A stretch of DNA of 63,996 nucleotides, filler included, from Candidatus Hydrogenedentota bacterium (GCA_040752395.1; 12 parts of 12 records of this genome joined end to end with filler, not necessarily neighbours in it), one strand, 5' to 3'; counted from the whole stretch's first letter, positions 41,412 through 52,129 are shown. Made by a program: numbers and translations. Notes: generated from the letters alone by a model not told the origin.

Positions 41412-42941
41412 AAATTTTTTTAAAATTTCTACAATACCCTTAATATCAAACATATCATAATTAATCGCTCTCTCATTATACCATTCTTTATCTTCCTTTA
41501 TACCACCTGCTGCTATACCTAATTTTGTAATCTCGTTTTCCTTATTAAAAACATTGCCTATCTCAAAAAATCCTGTTTGTTTTTGTTTAGCATTAACATT
41601 ATTATTCAAAACTCTCAGTAGGTTTATACTTAAATTATTTCTTAAAACTCTCTCATCAAAAGATAATGGGTTTGCAAGATAAACTAAATCAAAAGAAAAT
41701 AGTCTGGCAAAAGATTCGGATATAAAGCTTGAGGTTAATGATTCATTATATCCTGCTTTTAACATCAAATCTCTAATACCATCCCTGAAATTGTACCATC
41801 TATAAGGTTCGTTAAACCATCCACCATCCATCTTGCGACGTGGTATATATGGTAATGTATATTCAAGTTTATCATACCCATAAACCCTTAATATTTCCTC
41901 TATAATATCCATCTCTCCATCGATGTCGGGTCTAAAGGATGGCACTAATACTTCGAATTCATCGCGTAAAAGTGTTGTTACAAAGCCTAATCCATGAAGT
42001 ATTTTTATAATTTCTTTTTCTTGTATCTCTCTACCTACAATCCGGCATAAGGTAGCTTTATTTAATATAACTTTTTTTTCAATAATTTTATGAGGGAATA
42101 TATCATAGAGCGGTTCAATAATCTCTCCACCTCCTATCTCTTTTATCATCTCAGCGCACAATAGTATCGCATCAATAAGTCCCGCGATATCAACGCCTCG
42201 TTCAAATCTAAAAGAAGAATCACTTGCTACCTTATGTAGTTTTGTAGTTTTTCGTATAGACGAAGGTAAAAAGTACGCGCATTCAAGAAATACATTTTTA
42301 GTTTTAAAAGTGACTGATGTCTCCTCGCCTCCCATAACACCTGCTAAAGCTACGGGTTTATTTTTATCAGCTATTACTAATTCAGTCCCTTTTAGTTCTA
42401 ATTTTGTTCCGTCAAGCAGCAAGATATTCTCCTGTGGTTTAGCAGTTCTTACTATAATCTTCTCTCCCTCTATTAAATCCCAGTCAAATGCATGCATCGG
42501 ATGATTCATTTCAAGCATTATATAATTTGTTATATCTACTACATTATTTATAGGTCTTGAGCCTGCTTTTTCTAATCTTTTTTTCAACCATTCTGATGAT
42601 TCTTTAACCTCAACACCTCTGAGTAATAAACCATCATACCTTGGACAATCTTCTTTATTTTCTATAATTACCGAACCTGTATTTCTGATTAACGGTTTGT
42701 ATTTACTTTTTTTATACGAGAGCTTTTTATCAAAAAGTACTGCGAGTTCTCTTGCTATGCCTTTTATGCTTAAAGCATCCGGTCGATTTGGTGTTATATC
42801 AAGCTCCAGTATAATATCATCTTTAACCTGTTCGACCTTAGAGACTTCTATACCAGCCATTGTTAGTCTTTTACTTATCCCATCAACAGGTATATCTTTT
42901 AAGTCAATAAAATCGTTAAGCCATTCTAAAGGAATGCGCAT
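41412..42941 (-). CDS. pheT: Phenylalanine-tRNA ligase beta subunit (3' truncated; lacks the B2 OB domain)
   Basis: ITPNRPDALS, INNVVDITNY, HAFD, LAGVMGG, RFERGVD, PSFRPDI. Confidence 0.93.
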
Positions 42942-42946
42942 ATCTT

Positions 42947-43975
42947 TTAAAATGTAACCTTTTTAAACTGGTTTAAAAACTCCAGATGGTTTTCATAAAA
43001 TAGTCGTATATCATCGATTCTATATTTAAGCATTGTGACTCGTTCTACACCGAGTCCAAAAGCAAAGCCGTTGTAAATCCTGTTATCATAGCCTACATTT
43101 TTTATTACCGCTGGATGAACCATCCCTGCGCCAAGTATCTCAATCCATCCTGTCTGTTTACACATACCACAACCTTTATTCCCGCAGAAAATGCAAGAGA
43201 TATCAACCTCAACACTCGGTTCTGTGAACGGGAAAAAACTTGGTCTGAACCTGATCTGTACCTTTTCTTCAAATATATCTCGTGCAAAATATAAAAGCAT
43301 ACCCTTTAAATCAGGCATAGATACGTCTTTATCAACAAACAATCCTTCAACCTGATGAAATATGGGGTAATGTGTAGCATCAGGTTTGTCAGACCTGAAA
43401 ACTCTACCAGGTACAACCACACAGATAGGTGGTTTATAAGATTCCATAATTCTTATCTGTACAGGCGAGGTATGGGTTCGAAGTAATCTACCGTCTTGTA
43501 GGAAGAACGTTGCCTGCATATCACGTGCAGGATGCCACACTGGAAAATTTAATGCAGTAAAATTATAATAATCTGTCTCTATCTCAGGTCCTTCAGCTAT
43601 ATGAAAGCCGAGTCTTTTAAATGAGGCAAGAATCTCTTTCATCGTTATAGAGATCGGGTGGCTATATCCTATATCATATTTTCGTTCAGAAAGTGTTATA
43701 TCAACTTTTGATACTTTTAATTCCTTTTTTTCTATCTCTAATCTTTTTTTATTAAATATCTCTTCTATCTCTTTTTTTAAGATATTACACAATCTACCAG
43801 CCTCGGGTCTTTCATTTAAGGGTAGCTCAGGGATACTTTTCAGCAATTCGCTGACTTTACCCTTTCTACCCAAAAACTGATAATATAGTCTTTGAAATTC
43901 AGTTTTAGATTTAGTTTTATCAAGTTCAGATAAGACCGAATCTTTTAATTTTTTAATCTCCTGTTTTATCAGCAT
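42947..43975 (-). CDS. pheS: Phenylalanine-tRNA ligase alpha subunit
   Basis: HPARDMQATF, LRTHTSPVQ, FHQVEG, FPFTEPS, GFAFGLGVER. Confidence 0.97.
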   Translation of the reverse strand: MLIKQEIKKLKDSVLSELDKTKSKTEFQRLYYQFLGRKGKVSELLKSIPELPLNERPEAGRLCNILKKEIEEIFNKKRLEIEKKELKVSKVDITLSERKYDIGYSHPISITMKEILASFKRLGFHIAEGPEIETDYYNFTALNFPVWHPARDMQATFFLQDGRLLRTHTSPVQIRIMESYKPPICVVVPGRVFRSDKPDATHYPIFHQVEGLFVDKDVSMPDLKGMLLYFARDIFEEKVQIRFRPSFFPFTEPSVEVDISCIFCGNKGCGMCKQTGWIEILGAGMVHPAVIKNVGYDNRIYNGFAFGLGVERVTMLKYRIDDIRLFYENHLEFLNQFKKVTF

Positions 43976-44324
43976 TTATTTTATCCTTTGCTATCTCTAC
44001 AAGTCTTTTAAATGCCTCCTTATCAGAGATAGCCATCTCAGATAGCATCTGTCTATCAATCTGCACGCCTGCGAGTTTTAGCCCATACATAAATTTTGAA
44101 TAAATAATATCATTTTCTCTACACTCAGCATTGATTCTTATAATCCATAGTCGTCTGAAATCTCGTTTTCTTCTACGTCTATCACGCCATGCGTAACGTA
44201 GCGCCCTTCGCATAGCTTCTCTTGCTGTTTTATACAGCTTACTTTTACCTGCATAAAACCCTTTAACCTGCTGAAACAACTTTTTACGTTTCCTTTTAGA
44301 AGGTGACCCTTTTACTCTAACCAT
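43953..44324 (-). CDS. rplT: 50S ribosomal protein L20
   Basis: RDRRRRKRDFRRLWIIRINA. Confidence 0.97.
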   Translation of the reverse strand: MVRVKGSPSKRKRKKLFQQVKGFYAGKSKLYKTAREAMRRALRYAWRDRRRRKRDFRRLWIIRINAECRENDIIYSKFMYGLKLAGVQIDRQMLSEMAISDKEAFKRLVEIAKDKINADKTGD

Positions 44325-44363
44325 TGTCGTACTCCTTTCGAGAAAGAAGCAAGAAGGCGGAAA

Positions 44364-44561
44364 TTATACTCCGGGTAAAACCATTTTTACTCTTTTGTAA
44401 TCACTCTTACTAATAATACCCGAGCGTCTCAAATTTCTTTTTCTATTTTTACTTTTTGATGTCAGTAAATGACTTTTATAAGCTTTACATCTTTTAATTT
44501 TTCCTTTAGCTGTTATTTTAAACCTTTTTTTAGCACCGCTGTGGCTCTTCATTTTTGGCAT
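44364..44561 (-). CDS. rpmI: 50S ribosomal protein L35
   Basis: [21 protein letters not shown]. Confidence 0.97.
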   Translation of the reverse strand: MPKMKSHSGAKKRFKITAKGKIKRCKAYKSHLLTSKSKNRKRNLRRSGIISKSDYKRVKMVLPGV

Positions 44562-44575
44562 CAGTGTAAAACCTC

Positions 44576-44790
44576 CTCCTCTGAAAAACGCTGTAACTCT
44601 AATAATATCAAATAGAAGCAAGAAGCAAGATAACGGAAGAAGTGAGAGGTGTCAGGACGGGGTACAGGCTACGGGCTACGGACTACAGCCGGCTGGAGCC
44701 CCCTATGAAAAGTCTTGAGTCTTGAGTCTTGAGTCCTGAGTCCTGTTTTGACTCACGACTTGCGACTCACGACTCACGACTCTTTGACTC
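44576..44790 (-). repeat. Composite repeat, SD-ending copy between infC and rpmI
   Basis: Near-identical to 45369-45591. Confidence 0.92.
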
Positions 44791-44801
44791 TATAGACCGA
44801 T

Positions 44802-45359
44802 TCAGTGGTTAATGGGTGTAACCGTGGGTTTTGATTCTCTGTGTTTTGCGCTTCTTGGTTTTGGCATCAAAACCATTATCATCTTCCTTCCTTCCATATC
44901 AGGCTTTTTTTCAACATCAGCGATATCCTTTAACTCATCTTTTATTCTTTCAAGTATCGCTCTGCCGAACTCAAGATGCGTGACCTCACGACCTCTAAAG
45001 TTTACAGTTACTTTAACTTTATCTCCCCGACCGATAAAATTTATAATATGTCTTTTCTTGAATTCGTAATCATGTTTTTCTATAGTGGGGCTGAATGTCA
45101 TCTCTTTTATCTTAACAAAGGTTTGTTTCTTTTTGCTTTCTTTTTCCTTTTTTGTCTGTTGATACTTGTATTTCCCAAAATCCATTAATTTACAGACCGG
45201 GGGTTTAGCGGATGGCGCTACTTCAACAACATCTACACCCAGTTCTTCAGCCTTTTCTAAAGCTTCTTTTATTGAGACAACACCTATCTGTGTCCCATCA
45301 TCACCTATTAGTCTTACCTCCTTATCTCTAATCTGTTCATTTATCCTTACTTTTAATAT
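44802..45359 (-). CDS. infC: Translation initiation factor IF-3 (probable non-canonical ATA start)
   Basis: RINEQI, VRLIG, PPVCKLMDFGKYKY, KVKVTV.FRGRE; no in-frame ATG after the RBS. Confidence 0.95.
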   Translation of the reverse strand: MLKVRINEQIRDKEVRLIGDDGTQIGVVSIKEALEKAEELGVDVVEVAPSAKPPVCKLMDFGKYKYQQTKKEKESKKKQTFVKIKEMTFSPTIEKHDYEFKKRHIINFIGRGDKVKVTVNFRGREVTHLEFGRAILERIKDELKDIADVEKKPDMEGRKMIMVLMPKPRSAKHRESKPTVTPINH

Positions 45360-45368
45360 AAACACCAC

Positions 45369-45591
45369 CTCCTCTGAAAAACGCTGTAACTCTAATAATA
45401 TCAAATAGAGGCAAGAAGCAAGAAGCAAGAAGCAAGATAACGGAAGAAGTGAGAGGTGTCAGGACGGGGTACAGGCTACGGGCTACGGACTACAGCCGGC
45501 TGGAGCCCCCTATGAAAAGTCTTGAGTCTTGAGTCTTGAGTCTCGAGTCCTGTTTTGACTCACGACTTGCGACTCTTTTCATATCATCTTT
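45369..45591 (-). repeat. Composite repeat, SD-ending copy upstream of infC
   Basis: Same module order as 44576-44790; runs into the contig end. Confidence 0.92.
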
Positions 45592-45691
45592 NNNNNNNNN
45601 NNNNNNNNNNNNNNNNNNNNNNNNNNNNNNNNNNNTTAATTAATTAANNNNNNNNNNNNNNNNNNNNNNNNNNNNNNNNNNNNNNNNNNNN

Positions 45692-45836
45692 CTTTCTTTC
45701 CGTTATCTTGCCTCTTGCTTCTTGCCTCTAATTATGGCGTAAATATATCCTGCGGAAGATGGATACCATTTTCAGCAGGATATATTTACGCCATAATTAG
45801 AGGCAAGAAGCAAGAGGCAAGATAACGGAAAGAAAG
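45692..45836. repeat. Perfect 62-bp inverted repeat at contig start
   Basis: 45692-45753 is the exact reverse complement of 45775-45836. Confidence 0.9.
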
Positions 45837-45903
45837 ATAACGAAAGAGGCAAGAGGCAAGAGGCAAGATAAAGAAACCTCACCAAAAACAGGGTGGAATA
45901 GCT

Positions 45904-46914
45904 ATGCCGATGTCACAGGTCCTTTTAATAGTCGTTTTTCTAATACTTATATTGGGAGTCGTTCCTGTTTTAGTAATCCGTATAAAGAAACGGGGAGATG
46001 AAAGTTTAAATAAATTAAAGAGTATGATACAGCCATATACTGATGCTGATTATTTCAGAAAGCTTGAACGTGACCAGGCTATGCTGAGTGCTGATTTTGG
46101 CGAACGAAAACAAGAAAATTTATTTCAAAAACTTTCAGCTACGTTTGGAAAACTTTTTTTAATGGAGAAGTATCAGGAAAAACTTTTGAAAAAATTAGCA
46201 AGAGCTGGAATGAAATGGAAACCAAGCGAGTTTATATTCCTGAAATTCTGTATAGGTGTTGGTGCTATGCTTTTTGGTTTGATATTTTTGAGAAGTTTGA
46301 TCTGGATGTTGGGCTTTGGGTTTATAGGTTGGTTATTCCCTGATATTATTGTATGGAAAAAAACAGGCGCACGAATAAAAGCGTTTAATGACCAGCTTGT
46401 TGACGCTCTTGTTATGATGTCTAATTCTATGAAAGCTGGTTATTCTTTTTTACAAGCACTGGACCTTGTAGCAAGAGAAAGTCATTATCCGATGAATGAT
46501 GAGTTTAAAAGAGTTTTAAGGGAAACAGGTCTCGGTGCTCCTATTGAAGATTCTTTTGCAGGGCTTTTAGACAGAGTGCCAAGCGAAGACCTTGATTTGG
46601 TATTAACAGTGGTTATGATTCAGCGACAGATCGGTGGCAATTTAGCTGAGATACTTGATAAAATAGCGCATACTATCAGAGAAAGAATAAAACTTCTGGG
46701 ACAGATACAGGCACTGACTGCTCAAGGCAGAATGAGCGGTATCGTTATTACAGCACTACCATTCGCATTATACTTTATTATGCATTTGCTTGAACCCGAG
46801 AAAATGAGCACCTTATATAAAGAAAAAGTTGGCTGGGTATTGATTGCAATTGGACTAATTATGCAGAGCATAGGTGCGGTCGCTATTAAAAAAATTATAA
46901 GTATAGAAGTCTGA
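45904..46914 (+). CDS. tadB: Tad pilus assembly protein TadB (T2SS F family)
   Basis: DAL..MSNSMKAGYSF.QA, IQRQIGGNLAEIL, ALTAQGRMSG. Confidence 0.9.
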   Translation: MPMSQVLLIVVFLILILGVVPVLVIRIKKRGDESLNKLKSMIQPYTDADYFRKLERDQAMLSADFGERKQENLFQKLSATFGKLFLMEKYQEKLLKKLARAGMKWKPSEFIFLKFCIGVGAMLFGLIFLRSLIWMLGFGFIGWLFPDIIVWKKTGARIKAFNDQLVDALVMMSNSMKAGYSFLQALDLVARESHYPMNDEFKRVLRETGLGAPIEDSFAGLLDRVPSEDLDLVLTVVMIQRQIGGNLAEILDKIAHTIRERIKLLGQIQALTAQGRMSGIVITALPFALYFIMHLLEPEKMSTLYKEKVGWVLIAIGLIMQSIGAVAIKKIISIEV

Positions 46915-46932
46915 TATTAGGGTTAAAAGATT

Positions 46933-47943
46933 ATGCAGATTGTGCTTGCTATAATATTTGTTTTATGCCTGGTTGTTGCGGGTGTGACGCTATTTATTGG
47001 TAGAACTGCTTTAGAGGAAGAGGGTAAAAAGGATATATTTTCTTTAATAAAAACTATTATTTTACGGATCGGTGAAAATAAAGCAAAAAAGAGATTAAGA
47101 GAACTTAAAACATATTCTGGTGCTGTGGCTGGTGAATCGAAAAAGGGAGTTAAGGATGAACTTGATGAACCATTTTATGACAGAGTTATTAAACCGATCT
47201 TACAAGCGATGGAAAAGAAGATGTCAGGCAAAGAAAAAGCTGAAAAAGATAGAGAACTCGCTGATTTGCTTGTTATGGCAGGTAACCCAGGAAATCTTAC
47301 CCCGGGTCAATTCAAAGCTTTAAGGATCCTATTAATAGTTGTAATTTTTGCGTTTGGGATGTTTTTCTGTCTGATACTTCGTTTAAACCCCAGATTTATT
47401 CTTATAGCTTCAGTTGCACCAGCCGGGTTTGGCTGGGTTATGCCTATGTTTGTTCTTAAAAGCAAAGTTAAAAAAAGACAGAAAGCAATAAAAAGAGCGT
47501 TACCTGATTGTCTTGATTTACTTACTGTGAGTGTAGAAGCCGGGTTAGGGTTTGACCAGGCGGTTCAAAAGGTTATAGAAAAAGCTAAAAACGCGCTCAC
47601 TGATGAATTTAACAGAGCATTGCAGGAAGTAAAGATGGGAAAACAGAGAAGAGATGCCTTGCGGGATATGTCTAAACGTGTCAAAGTTGATGAACTTGAT
47701 ACTTTTATCTCTTCAATAATTCAGGCTGATTCACTTGGTGTTAGTATATCGAATGTACTTAGAATCCAGAGTGAACAGATGCGAGTTAAAAGAAGACAGC
47801 AAATCGAAGAACAGGCTATGAAAGCACCGCTTAAAATGTTATTCCCAATGATTTTATTTATATTCCCAACAATATTCATAGTTGTTTTTGGTCCGATTGG
47901 CATATATGTTTATAAACAGCTTTCTAAATATGGGATGATGTGA
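46933..47943 (+). CDS. tadC: Tad pilus assembly protein TadC
   Basis: LPDCLDLLTVSVEAGLGFDQA, KAPLKMLFPMILFIFP. Confidence 0.9.
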   Translation: MQIVLAIIFVLCLVVAGVTLFIGRTALEEEGKKDIFSLIKTIILRIGENKAKKRLRELKTYSGAVAGESKKGVKDELDEPFYDRVIKPILQAMEKKMSGKEKAEKDRELADLLVMAGNPGNLTPGQFKALRILLIVVIFAFGMFFCLILRLNPRFILIASVAPAGFGWVMPMFVLKSKVKKRQKAIKRALPDCLDLLTVSVEAGLGFDQAVQKVIEKAKNALTDEFNRALQEVKMGKQRRDALRDMSKRVKVDELDTFISSIIQADSLGVSISNVLRIQSEQMRVKRRQQIEEQAMKAPLKMLFPMILFIFPTIFIVVFGPIGIYVYKQLSKYGMM

Positions 47944-48287
47944 AGAAGACATTTAGATTATATAAAGAAGATAATACTTTGCTTATATCACAAATCGAAA
48001 AAGCAGATTCTTTCCTTGAAAGACTTAAAGGTTTAATGTTCAGATCCAATATAGATGATGATTATGGTTTATGGATAGAGCCCTGTAACTCTATTCATAT
48101 GTTAGGTATGCGATTTAGTATCGATGTTATATATATTGATAGCGAATTACGTATCTTAAAACTCGTAAAGAATTTAAAGCCTTATAGATTTTCGTTTTGT
48201 TTCAATGCGCACTCTGCTCTTGAAACAAGGTCAGGATTTGTAGCTAAAACAGGGCTTTGCCTCGGTGAAAAACTAAAAATAATTTAA
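47940..48287 (+). CDS. DUF192-family protein
   Basis: ADSFLERLKGLM, PCNSIHM.GMRF.IDV. Confidence 0.85.
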   Translation: MKKTFRLYKEDNTLLISQIEKADSFLERLKGLMFRSNIDDDYGLWIEPCNSIHMLGMRFSIDVIYIDSELRILKLVKNLKPYRFSFCFNAHSALETRSGFVAKTGLCLGEKLKII

Positions 48288-48568
48288 AGCTACTAAAAAA
48301 TAGCCAATAAATAAATAGACCAGAACCTGTAACAACATTTGTGTCCTTTTCCCGACTTGTCAAAACCGATTTTCTCAAAATATAGTTATTGTAATATCAA
48401 GGGATTATAAAGAGGTTTCTGAAAAAGTCGTTTTTTCAGGCACAAAGTTTTTTAATGCTGGAATGATCCCGTGTCTCTGTCTTTCCGATTATTCCGTGGT
48501 AATATTTCTTTTCCGATTTATTCGGGTTAGGGGTACCGTGATAAAAAATAATCTATTTTGGACTGTGC

Positions 48569-48667
48569 TTCAGACACTTGAGATCAGATTCTTAAAAACG
48601 CACCTAAAGGTACTCACTACAAAGGCTTTAAGTCTGACGTCTGATGTTCTGGAGTCTACTCTCTGAA
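48569..48667. repeat. CAGAC/GTCTG hairpin element with a nested REP-like core
   Basis: Ends shared with 10452-10586; internal CACCTAAAGGTACTCACTAC (reverse complement starts GTAG). Confidence 0.55.
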
Positions 48668-48674
48668 TTAGGGT

Positions 48675-49367
48675 CTATTTAGAATATTTATCAAGTGTCT
48701 TAATCAGGTCTTTAACTTTTTTCGGATTTTTTAGATTAGATTCTCCAAGAAGAACATCTCGTTTAGATATTTCCTGGTCATAATAAGATTGCGAGAATTT
48801 TTCAGCATAAGTGATCGCACAACCTTTAACGCTTATACCTGCAAACAGTCCCTTTGCTTTTGCATAAGAGATTATTTCAGCCTGGAGTAACAGGTCGATA
48901 TCAGCATCTCGGACATCGCCAACCTCACCAATAGCTACAGCTAAATCCATTCCTAAAGTTGTCTTTTCATTAAGCAGTGCTTTAATACCATCTTTTGTCA
49001 TAAAAAAGAAGATAATGTCCATAGATTTAGCGCCAATCTGGAAACCGAAACTGCCGCCGCTCATAGTAAAGAAGAGGGGTGATTTCCAATTACCTGCATC
49101 ATCTTTAGCAATTATGAGTCCTTCACCGAATTGACCGCCGAATATAAAACTTGCTTTAAGAACATTAGGGAATACAGCGATAGCCTCACACTTTTGAAAG
49201 ATACTTTTCGGGATTCTGCTCTCAGGGTCTTTCATCACCTCATCAATAATTGAAGTGGCTTTACCTATAATTTTGTTACCTTTAGCAGTTCCTTCTTCTT
49301 TTGCAGAAACCGACTGCAAAGAAAAAACAAAAATCGCAAGAACAAAAAATAGAATTAGTCTTTTCAT
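48675..49367 (-). CDS. Lipid-binding SYLF/Ysc84-domain exported protein
   Basis: IP..C.AIAVFP..KASFIFGG..GEG, GGSFGFQIG, SYAKAKGLFAGIS. Confidence 0.88.
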   Translation of the reverse strand: MKRLILFFVLAIFVFSLQSVSAKEEGTAKGNKIIGKATSIIDEVMKDPESRIPKSIFQKCEAIAVFPNVLKASFIFGGQFGEGLIIAKDDAGNWKSPLFFTMSGGSFGFQIGAKSMDIIFFFMTKDGIKALLNEKTTLGMDLAVAIGEVGDVRDADIDLLLQAEIISYAKAKGLFAGISVKGCAITYAEKFSQSYYDQEISKRDVLLGESNLKNPKKVKDLIKTLDKYSK

Positions 49368-49375
49368 AAACTAAC

Positions 49376-49468
49376 CTCCTCTGAAAAACATTGTAACTCT
49401 AATAATTCGGGCTACGGGCTACAGGCTACGGACTACAGCCGGCTGGAGACAAAAGCCTGTAGCCTGCA
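49376..49468 (-). repeat. Composite repeat, short SD-ending copy
   Basis: SD module joined directly to the GGCTAC module; AAGCAAG module absent. Confidence 0.88.
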
Positions 49469-49698
49469 GTTTTTTATCTTTTACAAATATTGGTTAAATT
49501 TGGCAAGAAAAATTTTAAAGAATTTTATATCCCATTAGTCTTTAAGAGTAGAAAAATTTATCAGCGAGTCTTGACGGCTTTACAAAAAACAGTGTAGATT
49601 TTATTCGATTGTGGTGCTGCGGTTAGAGTGCCAATGGATGAGATAATAAAGAATTATCAAAACAAGAATAATGTAAAAAATTAATGTTATTTATTCAG

Positions 49699-49751
49699 GG
49701 CTATGATGGAAATGAGCAAAAAAGGTGTTTTTGCTCATTTCCATCATAGCC
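49699..49751. repeat. Perfect 24-bp hairpin at contig end
   Basis: GGCTATGATGGAAATGAGCAAAAA-AGGTG-TTTTTGCTCATTTCCATCATAGCC. Confidence 0.85.
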
Positions 49752-49852
49752 NNNNNNNNNNNNNNNNNNNNNNNNNNNNNNNNNNNNNNNNNNNNTTAAT
49801 TAATTAANNNNNNNNNNNNNNNNNNNNNNNNNNNNNNNNNNNNNNNNNNNNT

Positions 49853-50146
49853 CTTTCAAAACAAGAGTTCTTACATTTTTACAATATTGCTTCTTTACTT
49901 AAAAATTATAACTGTCTTACCGAAGCTCGTGATACTTTTAAAAGACTCTTAGAAATTATTGGTAAAAAAAATGTCGTATTGCGAGGCAAAATCTTATTTC
50001 ATCTCGGCGAGATCTCTTTAAGACTGAAGAACAAAAAGATGGCTTTTAAATATTTGAAGGAATCGGTAAAAGCTTATCCGAAACATATAAAAGCACAAGA
50101 GTATTTAAAAGATCTACTCTGCTGCCAACCTGGTTCTTCATATTAA
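49853..50146 (+). CDS. TPR-like C-terminal fragment (5' truncated)
   Basis: Open frame ...ILFHLGEISL..AFKYLKESVKAYPKHIKAQEYL. Confidence 0.6.
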   Translation, partial: LSKQEFLHFYNIASLLKNYNCLTEARDTFKRLLEIIGKKNVVLRGKILFHLGEISLRLKNKKMAFKYLKESVKAYPKHIKAQEYLKDLLCCQPGSSY

Positions 50147-50152
50147 ATTAAT

Positions 50153-52129
50153 TTATAGTTTTGAGAATCTGATAAGAAAATCGATACCTGACAGACAATG
50201 AACAAGCGAGCCAGGGGATAAATTTACAGTGTTTATAACACTGATTAAGTCATTTCTTATTAATTCAGTATTAAAATAGTCTTTTAAATAATTCTCATTT
50301 CCAGAAATTTTTTGATAGAAGTATTGACCAAGATATTGCTGCAACCATTCCCTATCCGGTGTAGAATATCCTTTCTTATCAATTCTTGAAAGTATGGTTG
50401 CCGGAACAATATTTTTCATACTTTGCCTGCTTATATATTTAGTAAGACCTTTATTGAGGATATATTCGTCCGGCAAACTGTTTATAAACTCAACCAGTCT
50501 GTAATCCAGAAACGGCACACGCGCTTCAATAGAATGAGCCATAGATATCGTATCTTCATATCTAAGTAATGCCGGCAGCATAATTAAGGTCAGGTCATTG
50601 TACAGATAATTCTTGAGAGGTGACTCAAACTTTTGTTTAAGTCGAAAACTGTAACTATCTTTATTTAATACCAGATATTTACTGCACTTTTTCTCAACAT
50701 TTTCACCTTTAAAGTTTTTGACAACCAACCAGTCGTTGCAGTAATTGTTTTCATACATCATTAATAAATCGTTGGTTAAATACTTAAAAATATCAAAAAA
50801 TCTGGGAACCGCTTTAAATAATTTGTAATAACCCAGAGCATATACAGAGTCATCATAATCCAGCCCATAGTTATCACAATATATCTTTGCCTGATCTCTA
50901 CGTAAGTTTCCTATATGATAAGAAATATACCCGGTATATCCTGATAGCAATTCATCACCTCCCTGACCATCCAGGGTCACTTTTATGTTGTTTGCGGCAA
51001 TTTCTCTCATAACCATATACTCGCTGAAACAACTCGCTATAATCAGCATTTCATCAAAGTGGTTAAGCATATTTTCATAATGCTGAAGTAAATCATCCTT
51101 AGTAATAAATATCTTGTAATTCATTATTGATTTTTCTTTAAGCAGGTGGTCAACCCAGCAGGATTCATCAACATAATCATATCCTGCACAGTATGAAAAA
51201 GTTTTTATTTTTTTTTCTGTAGAAAACATATCGGAGATTATGGAGACCATACTTGAGGAATCCAGTCCACCACTAAGACAGGAAGCCACTTCCACATCAG
51301 AATTCTTCAAACGGATATTAACGGAATCGACCAGCAGTTCACGATATTTTTTACAAGCTTCATTAAAAGATATACCAGTATCTATACTGCCATTTATATC
51401 CCAATACCTGTATATTTTTATACCAGATCTGTCAAGAACCAGATTGTGAGCTGGTAATAATCTATAAATCCCATCATACAATGTTTCCTCACAATAATCT
51501 CTGACCCCTGAAGCAAGATATTCGAAGAATAATCTGATATTTAGTTCTTTTCTTACCACTTTATTAAACAATATAGTTCTTATCTCTGATGAAAAAATAA
51601 AATAATGTCGATCATAGTAATAATAAAGGGGTTTAATACCGAACCTGTCGCGTGAACAAAAAAATGACATATTATTCAAATCAAATAAAGCAAAAGCCCA
51701 CATACCATTAAATCTATTTACACAATCATACCCATACTCTTCATACGAATGTGCTATCACCTCGGTATCCGTCTTGCTTCTGAATATATGCCCCCTTTTT
51801 AACAATTCCTCTCTTAATTCAATATAGTTATAAATTTCGCCATTATATACAACAAACACTGTATTATCCTCATTGCTCAAAGGCTGTAATCCTCTATAAG
51901 AGAGATCAATAATAGCGAGTCGGGTATGTCCCAGACAGAAATTGACAGGTTCCATAGTTGTCAGCTCGTTATGATAATGTAGTGAATATCTTCCGTTCGT
52001 GTTTGCCTCTAATACACCGATACCATCAGGTCCCCTATTCTTGAGCGCAGAGTTCATCTTTAATAAAGTCATTCTGTTATGGGTGTCTAAATTACGTTTA
52101 AAACTAATTATACCGTTAATTCCACACAT
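50153..52129 (-). CDS. asnB: Asparagine synthase-like glutamine amidotransferase (probably glycan amidation)
   Basis: MCGI, RGPDG, RLAIIDLS, YNGEIYN, LSGGLDSS, DGQGGDE, EARVPFLD. Confidence 0.9.
   Translation of the reverse strand: MCGINGIISFKRNLDTHNRMTLLKMNSALKNRGPDGIGVLEANTNGRYSLHYHNELTTMEPVNFCLGHTRLAIIDLSYRGLQPLSNEDNTVFVVYNGEIYNYIELREELLKRGHIFRSKTDTEVIAHSYEEYGYDCVNRFNGMWAFALFDLNNMSFFCSRDRFGIKPLYYYYDRHYFIFSSEIRTILFNKVVRKELNIRLFFEYLASGVRDYCEETLYDGIYRLLPAHNLVLDRSGIKIYRYWDINGSIDTGISFNEACKKYRELLVDSVNIRLKNSDVEVASCLSGGLDSSSMVSIISDMFSTEKKIKTFSYCAGYDYVDESCWVDHLLKEKSIMNYKIFITKDDLLQHYENMLNHFDEMLIIASCFSEYMVMREIAANNIKVTLDGQGGDELLSGYTGYISYHIGNLRRDQAKIYCDNYGLDYDDSVYALGYYKLFKAVPRFFDIFKYLTNDLLMMYENNYCNDWLVVKNFKGENVEKKCSKYLVLNKDSYSFRLKQKFESPLKNYLYNDLTLIMLPALLRYEDTISMAHSIEARVPFLDYRLVEFINSLPDEYILNKGLTKYISRQSMKNIVPATILSRIDKKGYSTPDREWLQQYLGQYFYQKISGNENYLKDYFNTELIRNDLISVINTVNLSPGSLVHCLSGIDFLIRFSKL

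Noticed and set aside
40134-45428. N-terminal extensions of the merR, IHF, rpmI and infC ORFs, and short ORFs at 8976, 40165, 62550 and 62596
   Set aside because: They are translations of the repeat element; the real starts follow the SD at the repeat end.
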